From positions 1,783,818 through 1,847,817 of the forward strand of contig MU053561.1 in assembly GCA_013239625.1 (NCBI GenBank): a DNA stretch of 64,000 nt, given 5' to 3'. Origin of the DNA: Lama guanicoe (taxonomy: Eukaryota). Positions within the stretch are counted from its first letter, which is position 1. Each line of letters opens with the position of its first letter. A model generated the notes under the pieces. It made no database searches. It had not been told where the DNA came from and saw nothing but the letters and a program-made list of their open reading frames with translations. Positions 1 to 36,000 of this stretch are shown one piece after another. A program made the position numbers and the translations under genes.

Positions 1-6
1 GCAGGG

Positions 7-291
7 GTCAGAGTCTTGCATGTTTACAGCTGCCCTTGAATTATTAATAGTGGTGATCCTAAGTCAATAGTCCCCAAAGCACTTCCTTGAAACACTAGTC
101 TATGAGATAGTTCCAGGAAAAAAAAAAGACCTTTATGATAAATTAAGTATGTCAGAGTCTTGCATGTTTACAGCTGCCCCTGAATTATTAATAGTGGTGA
201 TCCTAAGTCAATAGCCCCAAAGCACTTCCTTGAAACACTAGTCTATGAGATAGTTCCAGGAAAAAAAAAAGACCTTTATGATAAATTAAGT
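7..291 (+). repeat. Tandem duplication, 2 x ~142 bp
   Basis: Copies 7-148 and 151-291 differ by one substitution and one 1-nt indel. Confidence 0.97.
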
Positions 292-297
292 TTGAAT

Positions 298-474
298 GGA
301 GGGTAGAGGGGAGGGCATAGCTCAAGTGGTGGAGTACGTGCTTAGCATGCACAAGGTCCTGGGTTCAATCTCCAGTACCTCCTCTAAACATGAATAGATG
401 AATAAACCTAATTACCTCCCCCCTCCAAGATAAAATTAAAATAAATGAATTAAATTAAAAAATTTTTAAATAAC
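298..474 (+). mobile_element. tRNA-derived SINE (camelid Vic-1-like)
   Basis: A box TAGCTCAAGTGG, B box GGTTCAATCT, AT-rich tail, TSD aagtttg(a/g)at. Confidence 0.85.
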
Positions 475-1113
475 AAGTTTGGATAATGCTGCGCATTGCC
501 TTATTTTCTCAGACAGCCACGATGAACACTAACTAATGAAGGGTCCAGAAAAGTCCTGCAGTAATGAAACATACTTAGTCCTGTATTAATCAGTGTTTCC
601 CTGGCTCATATAACCATGGCACATGAAACCTTTTTATTTTTATCTCCTGTTAACATCCCGCTGAGACCACGTTCTATGGCATAAACTTTGAGAATTACTG
701 TCCAAATGATCAAACAACCATGATATTATATTCAGAGCCTTAGGTTTGGATCCTTAGATACCATTTTTTAGAAAACCGATTTCCATAAAACGTTTAATTT
801 TTTTTAAGTTCTGGTGCTTCAGATGTGAAGAAATTCAGTTAGGTAGAACACAGACTCATCCCCTGATAATGTGGGACCAATAAGGTGTCACTACATTTTA
901 CATTTTGACTATAAGATGTGTGTTCTCTTGTAGGATATTTCATACAGAGGCCTGGTTTCCTGTTATATGGCAGCTGGGTCCTTGAAATTCTAGTAAACAC
1001 TTGATAGATTGAACATAATCTCTTAGAAAACATCTCAAATGAGTCGTTTGGTACCAATTGTGTGTTGTGCTGTAAAGAAGTGAGGATAAAAATTTAAAGC
1101 ATCTATTTTTTAA

Positions 1114-24635
<23,522 letters not shown>

Positions 24636-25394
24636 GTCAGGTAAGTGATAAATGGTCATTTGATTGTCACCCACTCAGATTTGCAGCCTTAGACCTCGAG
24701 TTTGTTCCTGTCTTAACAGCCAGGAACCAATGAGCCTCTTAGTCCGGTGGAAATACTTGTTTTTAATAACTGTAACAGCTTACCCCTTAATACTCACTGT
24801 CTATCTAATCTTCATACCATCTACAAAATAGATGTTTTCCCCACTTTACAAATAAAGAAGATGAAGCTCAGAGAATCTTGAAGAAGTAAAAACCCCACCT
24901 ACTTCAGTGATTCTAAAGTTCATTCTCAAGTGCTGTTTTCGATGTTGATGCGACTCTTCCAAAAAGAAATAGCACATGTCCTTTTGGACTCGAGAACTCA
25001 GTTAGGCCAGTGGTTCTCAAATCTTCTGGACTCATGTCTCCTTATATGTTCTTAAAAATTATTGAGGAGCCCCCAAAGCTTTTATTTATATGGGTCACAT
25101 TTATCAACATTTACAAAATTAGAATTAAAACTGGGGAAATTTAAATTTTTTTAAAATAATAAACCCAGTACATTAACAGAAATAAACTGTTAATGAAAAA
25201 TAACCGTTTTCCAAAAATTTAGTAAGAGGAGCATTGTTTTACATTTTTATGACTTTCTTTAATGTCTGGCTTAATAGAACATGGCTGGATTCTCACATAT
25301 GCTCTGTATTCAGCCTGTCACCATATCACGCATCATATAGTCTCTGGAAAAGTCCACTGTATGCACTAATGAGAGGAAAAGGCAAATAACATCT

Positions 25395-28300
25395 TGCATT
25401 AGTTTCCCGAGGCTGCCGTAACAAAGTACCACAAACCAGGGGGCTTAAAACAACAGGTATTTATTCTCTTGGAGTTTTGGAGGCCAGAGGTTCAAAATCA
25501 AGGTGTCAGCAGGGTTGGTTCCTTCCAGAGGCTCTGAGAGAATTTGTTCTACACTTCTTTCCTAACTTCTGGTGGTTGCCAGCAGTCCTTGGTGATCCTT
25601 GGCTGATAACTGCATCACCCTGATCTCTGCCTCTGTCTCCAATGGCATTCTTCCCTGTGTATTTCTGTCTCTCCTTATAAGAGCAACAGCCATTACTTCA
25701 TCTTAACTTGATTGCATCTATAAAGACTATTTACAAATAAGGTCACATTCATAGGTTCTGGTAGACATGTTTTATGGGGGCAAACTCAGTACAGTCTTCC
25801 CCCAGACCCCCAAAATTCACATCCATCTCCCACGCAAAATACACTCACTCCATCCAGCATTCCCTGAAGTCGTCACCCATTCCAGCATTAACTCTAAGTC
25901 CAAAATCTCATCTAAATATCATCAGCTCTGTTAGTTCCACATCTCATCATCTAAATTAGGTTTGGGGGAGGCTCTGCTGACTTATCCTAGTGGCCTCTCC
26001 ATGTGTGGGCCTGTGAAACGAGAAAACAAGCTGTCAGCTTGCAAGACGCAGTGGTGGGATAAGCACAGGACAGACATTCCCATTCCAGAAGGAGAAAGTG
26101 GAGGTATAAAGGAGTCACTGGTCTAGTGTGTTTGCAATGCGGTGGGGTAGATTTTATGTTTCAGGGCCTCAGAAGAATCATCTGTGTCTTGAAATGCCCT
26201 CTGGGCCACAGGGGTTTCGCCGTCTCATCCTCTGGCTCCTCGGGGGCCTTGTTGGCCCTACCCTCTCAGTTCCTAGCCTGGATAGTCTTACCCTCTGGGC
26301 AGTCTATTTCCTGCTTCTAGAATCCCAGAGGTCCGGCAGCCTTCCCTCATTTCCTCTCTGTCCCCCCACCCCCACCCTAGGCCAGACAGGCAGGATTCCT
26401 GCTGATAGAACATCCTCAGAAACTGTCTTCCATGGATGTCAGGGGCTGCACACCAGTAGACTTGAAGGGTCCCCACAGATCCTCCCTGGGAAGTCTCATC
26501 TCTCTTCCGAGCTTCTGCTGAGATGGTTGGCCACGTCACGAGCCTGATTTCTCCACCAGGTTTTCCGGCGGCACCCTTGATGAACTCTCCAGAGCGCGTA
26601 TCGGCATCCCTTGGAACACGGATAGGCAGTGAATTTCCCACATCATCATGTTCTGGTTTCTTTCTGCTGACCATTTCCTTCCTCTGCATTTTACTATAAG
26701 CAGCAAGAAACCAGGCCACGTCTTCCAAATTTTGCTTAGAAACGTCAGCTGAATATCCAAGTTCATTGTTTGCAAGTTCTACTTTTCACTCAAAAGCAGA
26801 ACACAATTCAGACACATTTTCTGCCACTTTGCAACAAGGATCACTTTTCCTCCACTGTCCAATAACATGTTTGTTTCCGCATGAGGTCTTACCAAAAGCA
26901 CCTTTAGTGTTCCTATTTCTCCCAGCATTGTTCATGATACAGAAATTCTCTAAGGTGGCTCAAGTATTCTGTACTGTCCCCTTCACTTCCTTCTGAGTCC
27001 TCACCGAAACTGTCTTTAATGTCCATTATTTCTACCAACAGTCTCTTCAAGGTATGATCCAGACCTTTTCTATCACGCAGCTCAAAATTCTTCCAGTTTT
27101 TACCCATTACTTGATTCCAAAGACACTTTCACATTTTACAGTATTTGTTATAGCAGCCCCCAATTTCTTGGTACAAAAATCTGCTATTATTTTTTAATTA
27201 AAGTAGTCAGTTCACAATCTGTCAATTTCTGGTGTACAGTATGTTTCAGTCATACATATACATACATATACATGTTTTCACAGTCTTTTTCATTATACAT
27301 TACTACAAGATATTGAATATAGTTCCCTGTGCTGTACAGTAGGACATTGTTGTTTATCTACTTTATAAATAGCAGTTAATATTTGCAAATCTTGAACTCC
27401 CAGTTTATCCCTTCCGATCTTCCCCTTTACCCCCAGGCAACCATAAGTTTACTGTGTGAGTCTATTTCTGTTTTGTAGAAAAGTTCATTAGTGTCTTCTT
27501 TTTTCCTCTTTTAGATTCCACATATGAATGATATCATGTGGTATCTTTCTCTTTCTGGCTTACTTCACTTACAATGACGATCTCCAGGTCCATCCCTGTT
27601 GCTGCAAATAGCATTATTTTCTTCTTTTTTATGACTAGTATTCCATTGTATAAATATAGCACAACTTCGTTATCCAGTCATCTGTTGTTGGACATTTAGG
27701 TTGTTTCCATGTCTTGGCTATTGTAAATAGTGCTGCTGTGAACATTGGGGTGCATGTATCTTTTCGAATTTGAGTTCCTTCCAGATATATGCCCAGGAAT
27801 GGGATTGCTGGATCATATGGTAAGTCTGTTTTTAATTTTTGAGGCATCTCCATACCGTTTTCCATAATGGCGTCACCAAACTGCATTCCCACCAGCAGTG
27901 TAGGAGTGTTCCGTTTTCTCCACACCCTCTCCAGCATTTATCATCTGTAGACTTTTGAATGATGCCATCTGACTGGTGTGAGGTAATACCTCATTGTAGT
28001 TTTTATTTGCATTTCTCTGATAATTAGCAATAATTGAGCATTTTTCCATGTGCCTATTGGACATTTGTATATCTTCATTGGAGAATTGCTTGTTTAGATC
28101 TTCTGCCCATTTTTGGATTGAGTTGTTTGTTTTTTTCTTATTAAGTCGTATGAGCTGCTTATATATTCTAGAGATCAAGCCTTTGTCAGTTTCATTTGCA
28201 AAAATTTTCTCCCATTCCATAGGTTGTCATTTTGTTTTGCTTATGGTTTCCTTTGCTGCGCAAAAGCTTATAGGTTTAATTAGGTCTCATTTGTTAATTT

Positions 28301-29155
28301 TTGCTTTTATTTCTAATGCCTGGGTAGACTGCCCTAGAACATTACAATGATTTAAGTCACAGAATGTTTTGCCTATGTTTTCTTCTAGGGGGCTTATAGT
28401 GTTTTGTCTTATAGTTGTCTTTAAGCCCTTTTGAGTTTATTTTTGTGTATGTGGTGTGGGAGTGTTCTAACTTCACTGATTTACATGAGGCTGTCCAGTT
28501 TTCCCAACATCACTTGCTAAAGAGGCTGTCTTTTCTCCATTGTATATTCTTGCCTCCTTTGTGAAAGATTAATCAAATGTAAGTACACAGGTTTATTTCT
28601 GGGCTCTCTATTCTGTTCCGTTGATCCAATAGTCTGTTTTTGTGCCAATACCACACTGTTCTGACTACTGTATCTCTGTAGTGTTATCTGAAGTCTGGGA
28701 GGGTTATTCCTCCAGCTTCGTTCTTTTTCTTCAGTATTGGTTTGGCAGTTCTGGCTCACTGGTGATTCCATATAAAATTTAGGATGATTTGTTCTGTGGA
28801 AATGTCCTGGGCGATTTGATGGGGGTCACACTGTTTGTTTCTGGAGGCTGCCACAGCAAATCTGCACATGCTAGGGGATTAGAACAGCAGGTGTTTGTTC
28901 TCTTGCACTTCAGGTCTGAAACCAAGGTATTAGCCAATCCTAATCTCTGCCTCTGTTGTCTTGGGGCCTCCTTCCCTGTGGGTCCATGTGGCATCCTTCT
29001 AAGGGCAAGTCACTGGACTTATTGCCCACCCTAATGTAGTAGGACCTCATTTTTAGCTAATTATAAGATTTATAAAGACCCTATTTTCAAATAAGATCAC
29101 ATTCATAGGTGTCATGGGTGGACCTGAGTTTCTGGACACTATTAAATCTATTACA
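25395..29155 (-). mobile_element. MLT1 (MaLR) provirus: LTR ~25395-25793, internal ~25794-27180, LTR remainder ~28830-29155
   Basis: Two similar LTRs (ggctgcc...acaa(c)aggt...aaataag(g/a)tcacattcataggt), TG...CA ends, 5-bp TSD catct/catca. Confidence 0.75.
27190..28825 (-). mobile_element. Relatively young 5'-truncated L1 (ORF2 C-term + 3'UTR)
   Basis: [34 protein letters not shown]...DTCTPMFTAALFTIAKTWKQPKCP. Confidence 0.92.
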
Positions 29156-29769
29156 CATCATTTTGATATATTTTTGACCTTACAGACTCATTGAAAGAGT
29201 CTTCAGGACCCCTAAGGGTCTTAGAATATACTTTGGGAACCACTGATTAAGGTGTGGTTTATCTTAGTTCTTCTCTATGACTTTCAGAAGTTATCCCAAA
29301 CTGAGAAGTAGTGGTTTTTCATCTCTAGTTGGATAATTCTGAAAACTACAGAACAGCTATCAGATAGATTGGTTCCAGCAGGTATTATGAATCTATCAAA
29401 AGTAATGTCATGAATCTATCTAGTAGAAGAAATATCTTGTGATGTTGCCTTATACCTCTTTGTTCATATTGAGTTAATGAGATTAAAAGATGCCCACTGT
29501 ACTTATTAAAGATAAACATTATAAAGATTCTCTAATATCTGACAGACTAAAATGTTATTTCTTTCTAATCTTTTCTGTTTATGTATATACTGGAGTTATT
29601 CTGTAGTTTTCTATCTGGTATATCTCACACAGTAACAAAAGTAATGTATTCTGTGTTTTCTCTGAGCCAGTGGTAAGTACTTTATAGTAACTATGGTGTA
29701 GGCAGCATTATGCCCATTTTGTAGATAAGGAATCTGAAACATAACAAAGTGAGGTAATCTGCTCCATAG

Positions 29770-30170
29770 GATTAGTTAGATATTGCTATGTAACAAATTA
29801 CCCCCAAACTGAGTAGCTTAAAGCAAACAACGTTTATCTCATAGCTTGCGTGGGTCAGAATCCAGGCAGAGCAGTGGGTACTCTGGTTCAGCGGTGGTGG
29901 TGGATGCAGGTCTTTGCAGGATATTAGATGGAGGGCCTCCCTGGCTGTTGTCTGGAGGCTGCGCTCCCCCGAGGGCATCTCACAACCCGGAAGCTTATGT
30001 TTACCAGAGCAATCAAGACCTGAAAACACATGAGCGAGGCAGAATTCGGGGGGTTTTAGAACCTAACCTTGGAAGAGACATCTTATTACCTCTGCTGCGT
30101 TCTCTCCTTTAGGAGCCAGAGTTTAGGGCCAGCCTGCATTTAGGGGGAACAACAAGCACTCGGCCCCAAC
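29770..30170 (-). mobile_element. Old MLT1-type LTR
   Basis: tattgctatgtaacaaattacccccaaactgagtagcttaaagcaaacaacgtttat motif. Confidence 0.6.
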
Positions 30171-31759
30171 AAGGGCTGGGCCGGGCCAGTGACGTGCCAC
30201 ATCAGAGCATTCGAGTCCCGTAACACCTCAGAAACAAATGGTGAGGAAACGGGACTGGAGATACTCGCTGTAGGCCAGGTGGCTTCTTCCTAAGCTCCCG
30301 TCTGCTCTGGCCTGGAAGCGCTGCTCTGGTGTCGGTAAGCAGAACCGTGGAGATTGTCCTGCGCCCAGTGAGACACCGCTGCCGCCTTGCTTACTGTCCT
30401 AGGTCCTCTGCTAGGCTTCTCTGGGATGAGCTATGACTTATGATACTTGTCACTGAGAAGGAATTACTGCAATTCGTACATTAAGCACCTGACTTCCAGC
30501 CAGGGACCTTGAACTTGTTAGGCATGTACTTCTTATTAGGAGTATAACAGCTAAGCTCATTTAAAATAAACATATATAGACATATGGAGAATGATATATT
30601 TATATTTTAAATAAGCTTAGAAATTATACTCCTGATAAACCATTCACAGGCCTCTTTATGGCATTACAGGCGTCCGTAGGTAACACTGCATCATTTGCAA
30701 GAGATATTAGTCATTAAATGGTTTCAGTACAAAGCACTGTATGTAGCCAGTGGCTGGCTAAACCAGTAAATGCTGATTTAATGACTAGGAATCTGCTTGG
30801 CTCAGAATTAACCCATCTGTTAACCGTCGCGAAGTTTAAGGTTAAGGCGTTTCAAGTATTTCGACCAAAGGCTGTAGCGTAGTAGTTCCTTACTGTACAT
30901 ATCTCCTCAGCTCTCGCAAGTTCCCCTTCTCTTTGGTTAGCATAACACAGAAGGCAGAGGCACCTTCAGATCCTAGGACTGTCACTCTGATCAGCCTTAA
31001 ACAGTGGCAATGCTATAGGAAAGCAGCACTTTTAAAATATAAAGTTACTAATGAATACACATTTAGAGGACCCTCTTGGAACTCGTTCTGGTTTGCATCT
31101 GGTTGCAATTTCTTTCTGTCCTGAGGAACAAGCAGCACAAACAGGATATGGATTCAGCCTTTGTTCTCATCAGGAATTAAGGTATCTTTTGAGAATCAAG
31201 TAACTCCTCTGTCCCTGGGGGCAGGAATAGCTGCCTGGAAAGCCAGGAATAGCTCCCTGGACAGCAGCACCCAGAATCCACTGTACTGTCTATTCTCCTG
31301 CCTTTTCATACTTAAGCCTCAGGAACCCTAAGCCAAAATTCTCCTTACTCTCATTCTGTTCAAAAACTGCTGCTACTCAGTTCCTTACCTCTTGGCTCAG
31401 CAACTGCTACACTCAGGAGCAATGACAGACTTCGGGTTTGGGACAGAGGACTGCAGCTCTGAGACCGGCAAGGACACGGCTGCACAGCAACACAGTAACT
31501 GAGATGAGATGGACAAGTTCTCAGAAAGACACAAACTACTGAAACTCGGACAGATAAGGAAAATGTGAACAGATCCAAAACAAGGAGACTGAATTAGGGA
31601 TTTAAAAACTTCCCACAAAGAAAAGCCCCGTCCCGAAGGTATGTGTCAATTTTCTGTCCTAAAATGTCTCCACCTCCCCACACCCCTGCCTTGAAGAAAC
31701 ATACACACCGTGTATCAGTCACCTGGAAGCCCAGCCGGGCCTCTCAGCTTGACTACTCT

Positions 31760-31765
31760 TTTAAT
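31760..31765 (-). terminator. Candidate WDR3 polyadenylation signal ATTAAA
   Basis: TTTAAT on + about 540 nt past the WDR3 stop; GU-rich sequence follows further downstream on -. Confidence 0.35.
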
Positions 31766-32303
31766 TAGAAACAACTATATTCAGAGAAATATAAACAGTT
31801 GGCAATTAGGATCTCTTTATATACAGATAAAACAAACTGCAAGTTCAATTTAAGGAGGCTGTTGTAGATGATCTGATGGTCCCTCCAAGAGCCTGCATTT
31901 ATGGGCAGAGGACAATCAGTTACGCACCTGACTGTATCAGCAGGCGGTAAAACCTGATACAAAAGAGGTAACCAATTACCCAACATGTCTTTTGACATCA
32001 AAGAAATAAAAACTTTGAAATACTAATTTCAACTCTGGTAAAACGAAAGTTCTCTGCTCCTGCTAATATAAAGGGGACAACTCCTGCAGGGCTCACTGTG
32101 GGAGCACAGAGAGATTTCAAACTAATCTGTGTCCCTCAGGGAGGTGGAGCCCACAGTCCTATGTTGGAACTCCCTCCGGCAAAGCTGGGAAGCACATCCT
32201 GGGATCTTCTGCAACGTGATAAACCTCTTATTTCAGAGGTGACACCAACTCTACCGCTGCTTAGTTTGGAAGTCCTAGTTGAAAAAGGCACCGCATTTCA
32301 GTT

Positions 32304-32459
32304 CTAAGTCAATGTTAAGATCAGCTTCTCCCTCTTTTTCCTCTTCCTCTTCTTTTCTTCCAAGTGGCTGGTAGCATCGGCAAAAAACATAACTTCACTC
32401 TTTGCCTCGCATTCCCTCTTCAGATAATCAAGACCTGCCATGTTGAAGCCGATAACATC
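32304..32459 (-). CDS. WDR3: WDR3 exon 27 coding part with TAG stop; basic NLS-like C-terminus
   Basis: [51 protein letters not shown]; 156 nt. Confidence 0.96.
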   Translation of the reverse strand, partial: DVIGFNMAGLDYLKRECEAKSEVMFFADATSHLEEKKRKRKKREKLILTLT

Positions 32460-32986
32460 CTGAGGAGGAATACAGGAAAGAGTAAACAAATGCCCTCACC
32501 CTTCCGCTCAGTACAGCAGCACGTGCGAGTCAGGGGGACCAACGCTTCCTGTGTCGTTACTCATCCTCTGCCTGCGGTGTCCCCCCTTTTTTTTTTATGT
32601 CCATCAGTTCCACAAAAGCCTTATCTTAAGTACACCTCTATGTCAGGTCATCACCAGGGACAAGGCGGTATGCCATGCCGCTACCTGTAAGTCACACACA
32701 CAGTAGGACTTCCCCTCCTTATTCGAGCTCTACACAGATACTCACCCGGACTTGGCTGACTTTTGAAATAGTTGTTTCTTTTAATTTTTCAATCACGGGC
32801 ACAAGCATTTGGTTGCTAGTGATCTGTCCAAAGTGAATCCTAATAGAAAAATAAAACCAGGCATGTCACAAAGAGTAGTGGTTTTGGCTCTACCTGGTTC
32901 TTCTAGAACCAGTGAAGAGACAAAATATAAAAAAAAACAAACAAAATTCACTTCATCAATCATGAGCATATAGAAATGCCTCCAGC

Positions 32987-33021
<35 letters not shown>

Positions 33022-36000
33022 GTTCTATCTGATGACAATTTTTAAAATACTACCCTAACATTCAATAAAAAATAAATTGGAAGTATGGCAACTGAATCAT
33101 CATTGTTCTTCATTCACTACTATACTGAAAGAATGAAAGGGATGAAGAGCTAAGAATCATGAAAATAAGTCAATTCACCAAATACATCCGTTTTCTTCTT
33201 CTTACTATTTGGTATTGGCTGAGCAGACTGTCTTCCTAATCACACTTAAAGATACTCAGTTTGTCTCTGTTCCTGTTCTCTGATGTAACAGCTGGAGACT
33301 GAGGGGCAGAGGAGGAGACAGGAATAATATATTCTTAAGCATTACATATTTTTAAGAATTCTTCCTATATAAGAATAGAGTATTTTTTTTATGTTTCTTA
33401 GTTCCCTCTATATATGCCCTTGTAGAGACCTGGGAAGTAAACTGACTATTCCTTAAAATGCTGCTATGAAAACAAAACCAAGCCATTTAAACGAAGTAGT
33501 TAAAAAGAAACGACACTGAGACAAACTGGCCACTGAGCGAGGGGCTCAGCGCACTGACTGGAAGCAGAGCTGCTACGTCAGACTGGAGACGGTGCCGGCC
33601 GGAGCAAGCCCGAGCAAGGCGGTGCCCCTGCCTTCAAGACTGATTCCAGAAGACAGGAAATAACCTATGTCAGGCACACTGAAATTGTGTGACAGTCCCT
33701 GAAACTGAAAAAGCGCATTTCTTAATCCCACAGCGTCAACAGCTTCAGGTAGCGCAGCTGCTGGAGCTGTCGGGCTGATGAGATGTGGTGTTTTGGGGAA
33801 AGGACGTTACCTGAGGAGAAAGAAGAGGCACCGACACAGGAGTTCAATATCAGAGCCCAGCTGGATGAACTCATTAAAGAGCTTAAGGATGTCGGGGACG
33901 TAAGAGAAAGGCAGCACGAGCAGGGCCTCTTCCAGCTCACTGAGGGGGAGAGTCACCGTTAACAGCGCCACACTTCTCAACAGGGTCCCTTTTAAAACCT
34001 TCTCCCCTCCTATCTCTTTCTTCTACATTTATACGTGTTAGATCTTCCCCATCCAGAGTTAAGTATTTATCTATGTTCTAGAGGGTTCTCTCTTGTCAAT
34101 GTTTTGGTTGGTTTGTATTTACTATTTGGACCTACTCGATGCATTTCGGTCCATGGCCAGGTAGGAGAAGCTCACTTTTTTTCTTTCAGATTACTAACTG
34201 TCGAACATTCCATCTCTGTGTGACACTTCTACCAGCTCCTGAGTCCTTTTACATATAGAGTCTGTTTCAGGGCTTTCAAGTCTGTTCTGATGACTGATTC
34301 TGACAATAACCTGTACTGTTTTAATTTTGCTGTTTTTAGTTATTTTAATCTACGAGAATAGCTCCCTCTTGTTCTGGTTTCGGTCTGTTTTACTTTCCTT
34401 GAGCTAGCTCTATTATCATTTCATCAATTCCAATTAGAAATCTCAAGAGGATTTCAATGGGGAATCGCAAACCTATAGGTTAGTTTAAAAACAAAACAAA
34501 TCTTTAAAACACAGAAATCTTCCCATCTAGGAATGCACTGTACATCCATTAATCTGAATTTTCTTTCACATCTCTTATGAAGTTTCATTATCTTAGATAA
34601 GTCTTGTCTATTTATTGTAAGGGATACATTTAGGTATTAAGATTTGTTATAAAAATGGTAACTCTAAGTCAAACTTGAAATCAAAAGATAAATCATAAAC
34701 AAGAAACTTTAATCCAAAAATGAATGACAAAGGATACAAAAAATTCTTAAAAACTAGTAAGAGAAACTACTATAAAGCACAAGAAAGGAAAAGTAGCTAA
34801 AAATTCACAGGAAAAGATAAAAATGGCCAACAAATACAATGATATTTTAATTTTGTTAATAACCGAAAACGAAAGTAATACAATACACCACCTTCTGCCT
34901 CTCAAACTGGCAAAAAAGAATTTTTTAAGGCCCGGTAAAAGTCAGTACAGGCACTCTGGAAAGTAACTCAGTGATATAAACCTTTAAAATGCTCATGGCC
35001 ATTGATCAGACTGCTAGGACCCTTAAGAAAAATAACCAATAAAAACAACACAGATTCATACATAAAGGTGTTCACTGAAGCAACAGTCACAGCAAAAGCA
35101 ACACCCAGCAGTAACTATATGTACAATGGAATATTTTGAATTAATTCAGTATGTGTTTTTAAAGAATATTACTAACACGAGCAAATGCTCAGGAAATATT
35201 CTGTGAAAAGGACAGGATATAAAAATGTATACAGTATGATTCCAGTTGTGTATGCACACAGAAAGGAAGCCAAAGGAAACAGACAACAGCAAAGTTACAG
35301 CTGTTACCTCTGACTGAATTACAGACGATTTCCTCACCAAGCAGCACCACCTTTCATTTGTCCTTAAAAATGTATCACTTCATATTTTAGGAGGAACCTC
35401 TTAACTCTAATTCAAAAATAACATTATAATAAATTATTTTCCATCACAGTTTTGACAGTTAAACCTCTAAGATAACCGTCAATTTTAACATCAATTTATC
35501 TGTCTCATGTTCAACTAGGCATTCAGTAAATGTTGTTAGTTGCCAAGTGACAATGACTGTGCGCTGGGACTCACCTTGACCTGATTCCTTTAAAAATCTC
35601 CAACACATAAGCTGAAGGCTGTAAAGGAAGTGTAACAGCATTAGCGACACTCCTGGTATTGACTGGAGTGCTCTAATTTCCACCTCTTAAAAACCAGGGA
35701 TCGATCTCTCACGAGAAACCATGTTCTAAAAATGCCACCACAAGACATGGGCTTAGACTGATCAGATCTGGGCTCACAGTCCCGCTCTGCCACTCACCAA
35801 CTGCATTACCTTCAGTCTGTCAGTCAGGACAGGTTTCTGTCTATTAACGAAGACCCCCTGACTCACAGTATCACATGCAAGTAGAGCAGTAAGTAATTAA
35901 CATCGCTAGATCAGCATACATTGTCCCACTGTGTTCCCTCTCTCTTCCTCTGGACTGATTTATATCAACTTTTCCTCCAAAAACTTAATTTCAATGAAGA

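Larger units (their letters stand above)
25008..29245. mobile_element. hAT (Charlie1-like) DNA transposon remnant split by a MaLR insertion
   Basis: TIRs CAGTGGTTCTCAAA (25008) and TTTGGGAACCACTG (29232-29245), 13/14 match. Confidence 0.7.

Noticed and set aside
309..385. tRNA-like sequence with A/B boxes (also ~3955, ~21160, ~45410)
   Set aside because: Copies are degenerate with AT-rich tails and TSDs, so they are SINE heads rather than tRNA genes
26128..26728. 139-aa and 146-aa ORFs
   Set aside because: They lie in decayed MaLR internal sequence and have no exon structure
33015..33104. Possible box C/D snoRNA on - in WDR3 intron 25 (ATGATGA...CTGA)
   Set aside because: No terminal stem, no clear C'/D' boxes, AT-rich, no rRNA complementarity that I can recognise; an Rfam/snoscan search would settle it
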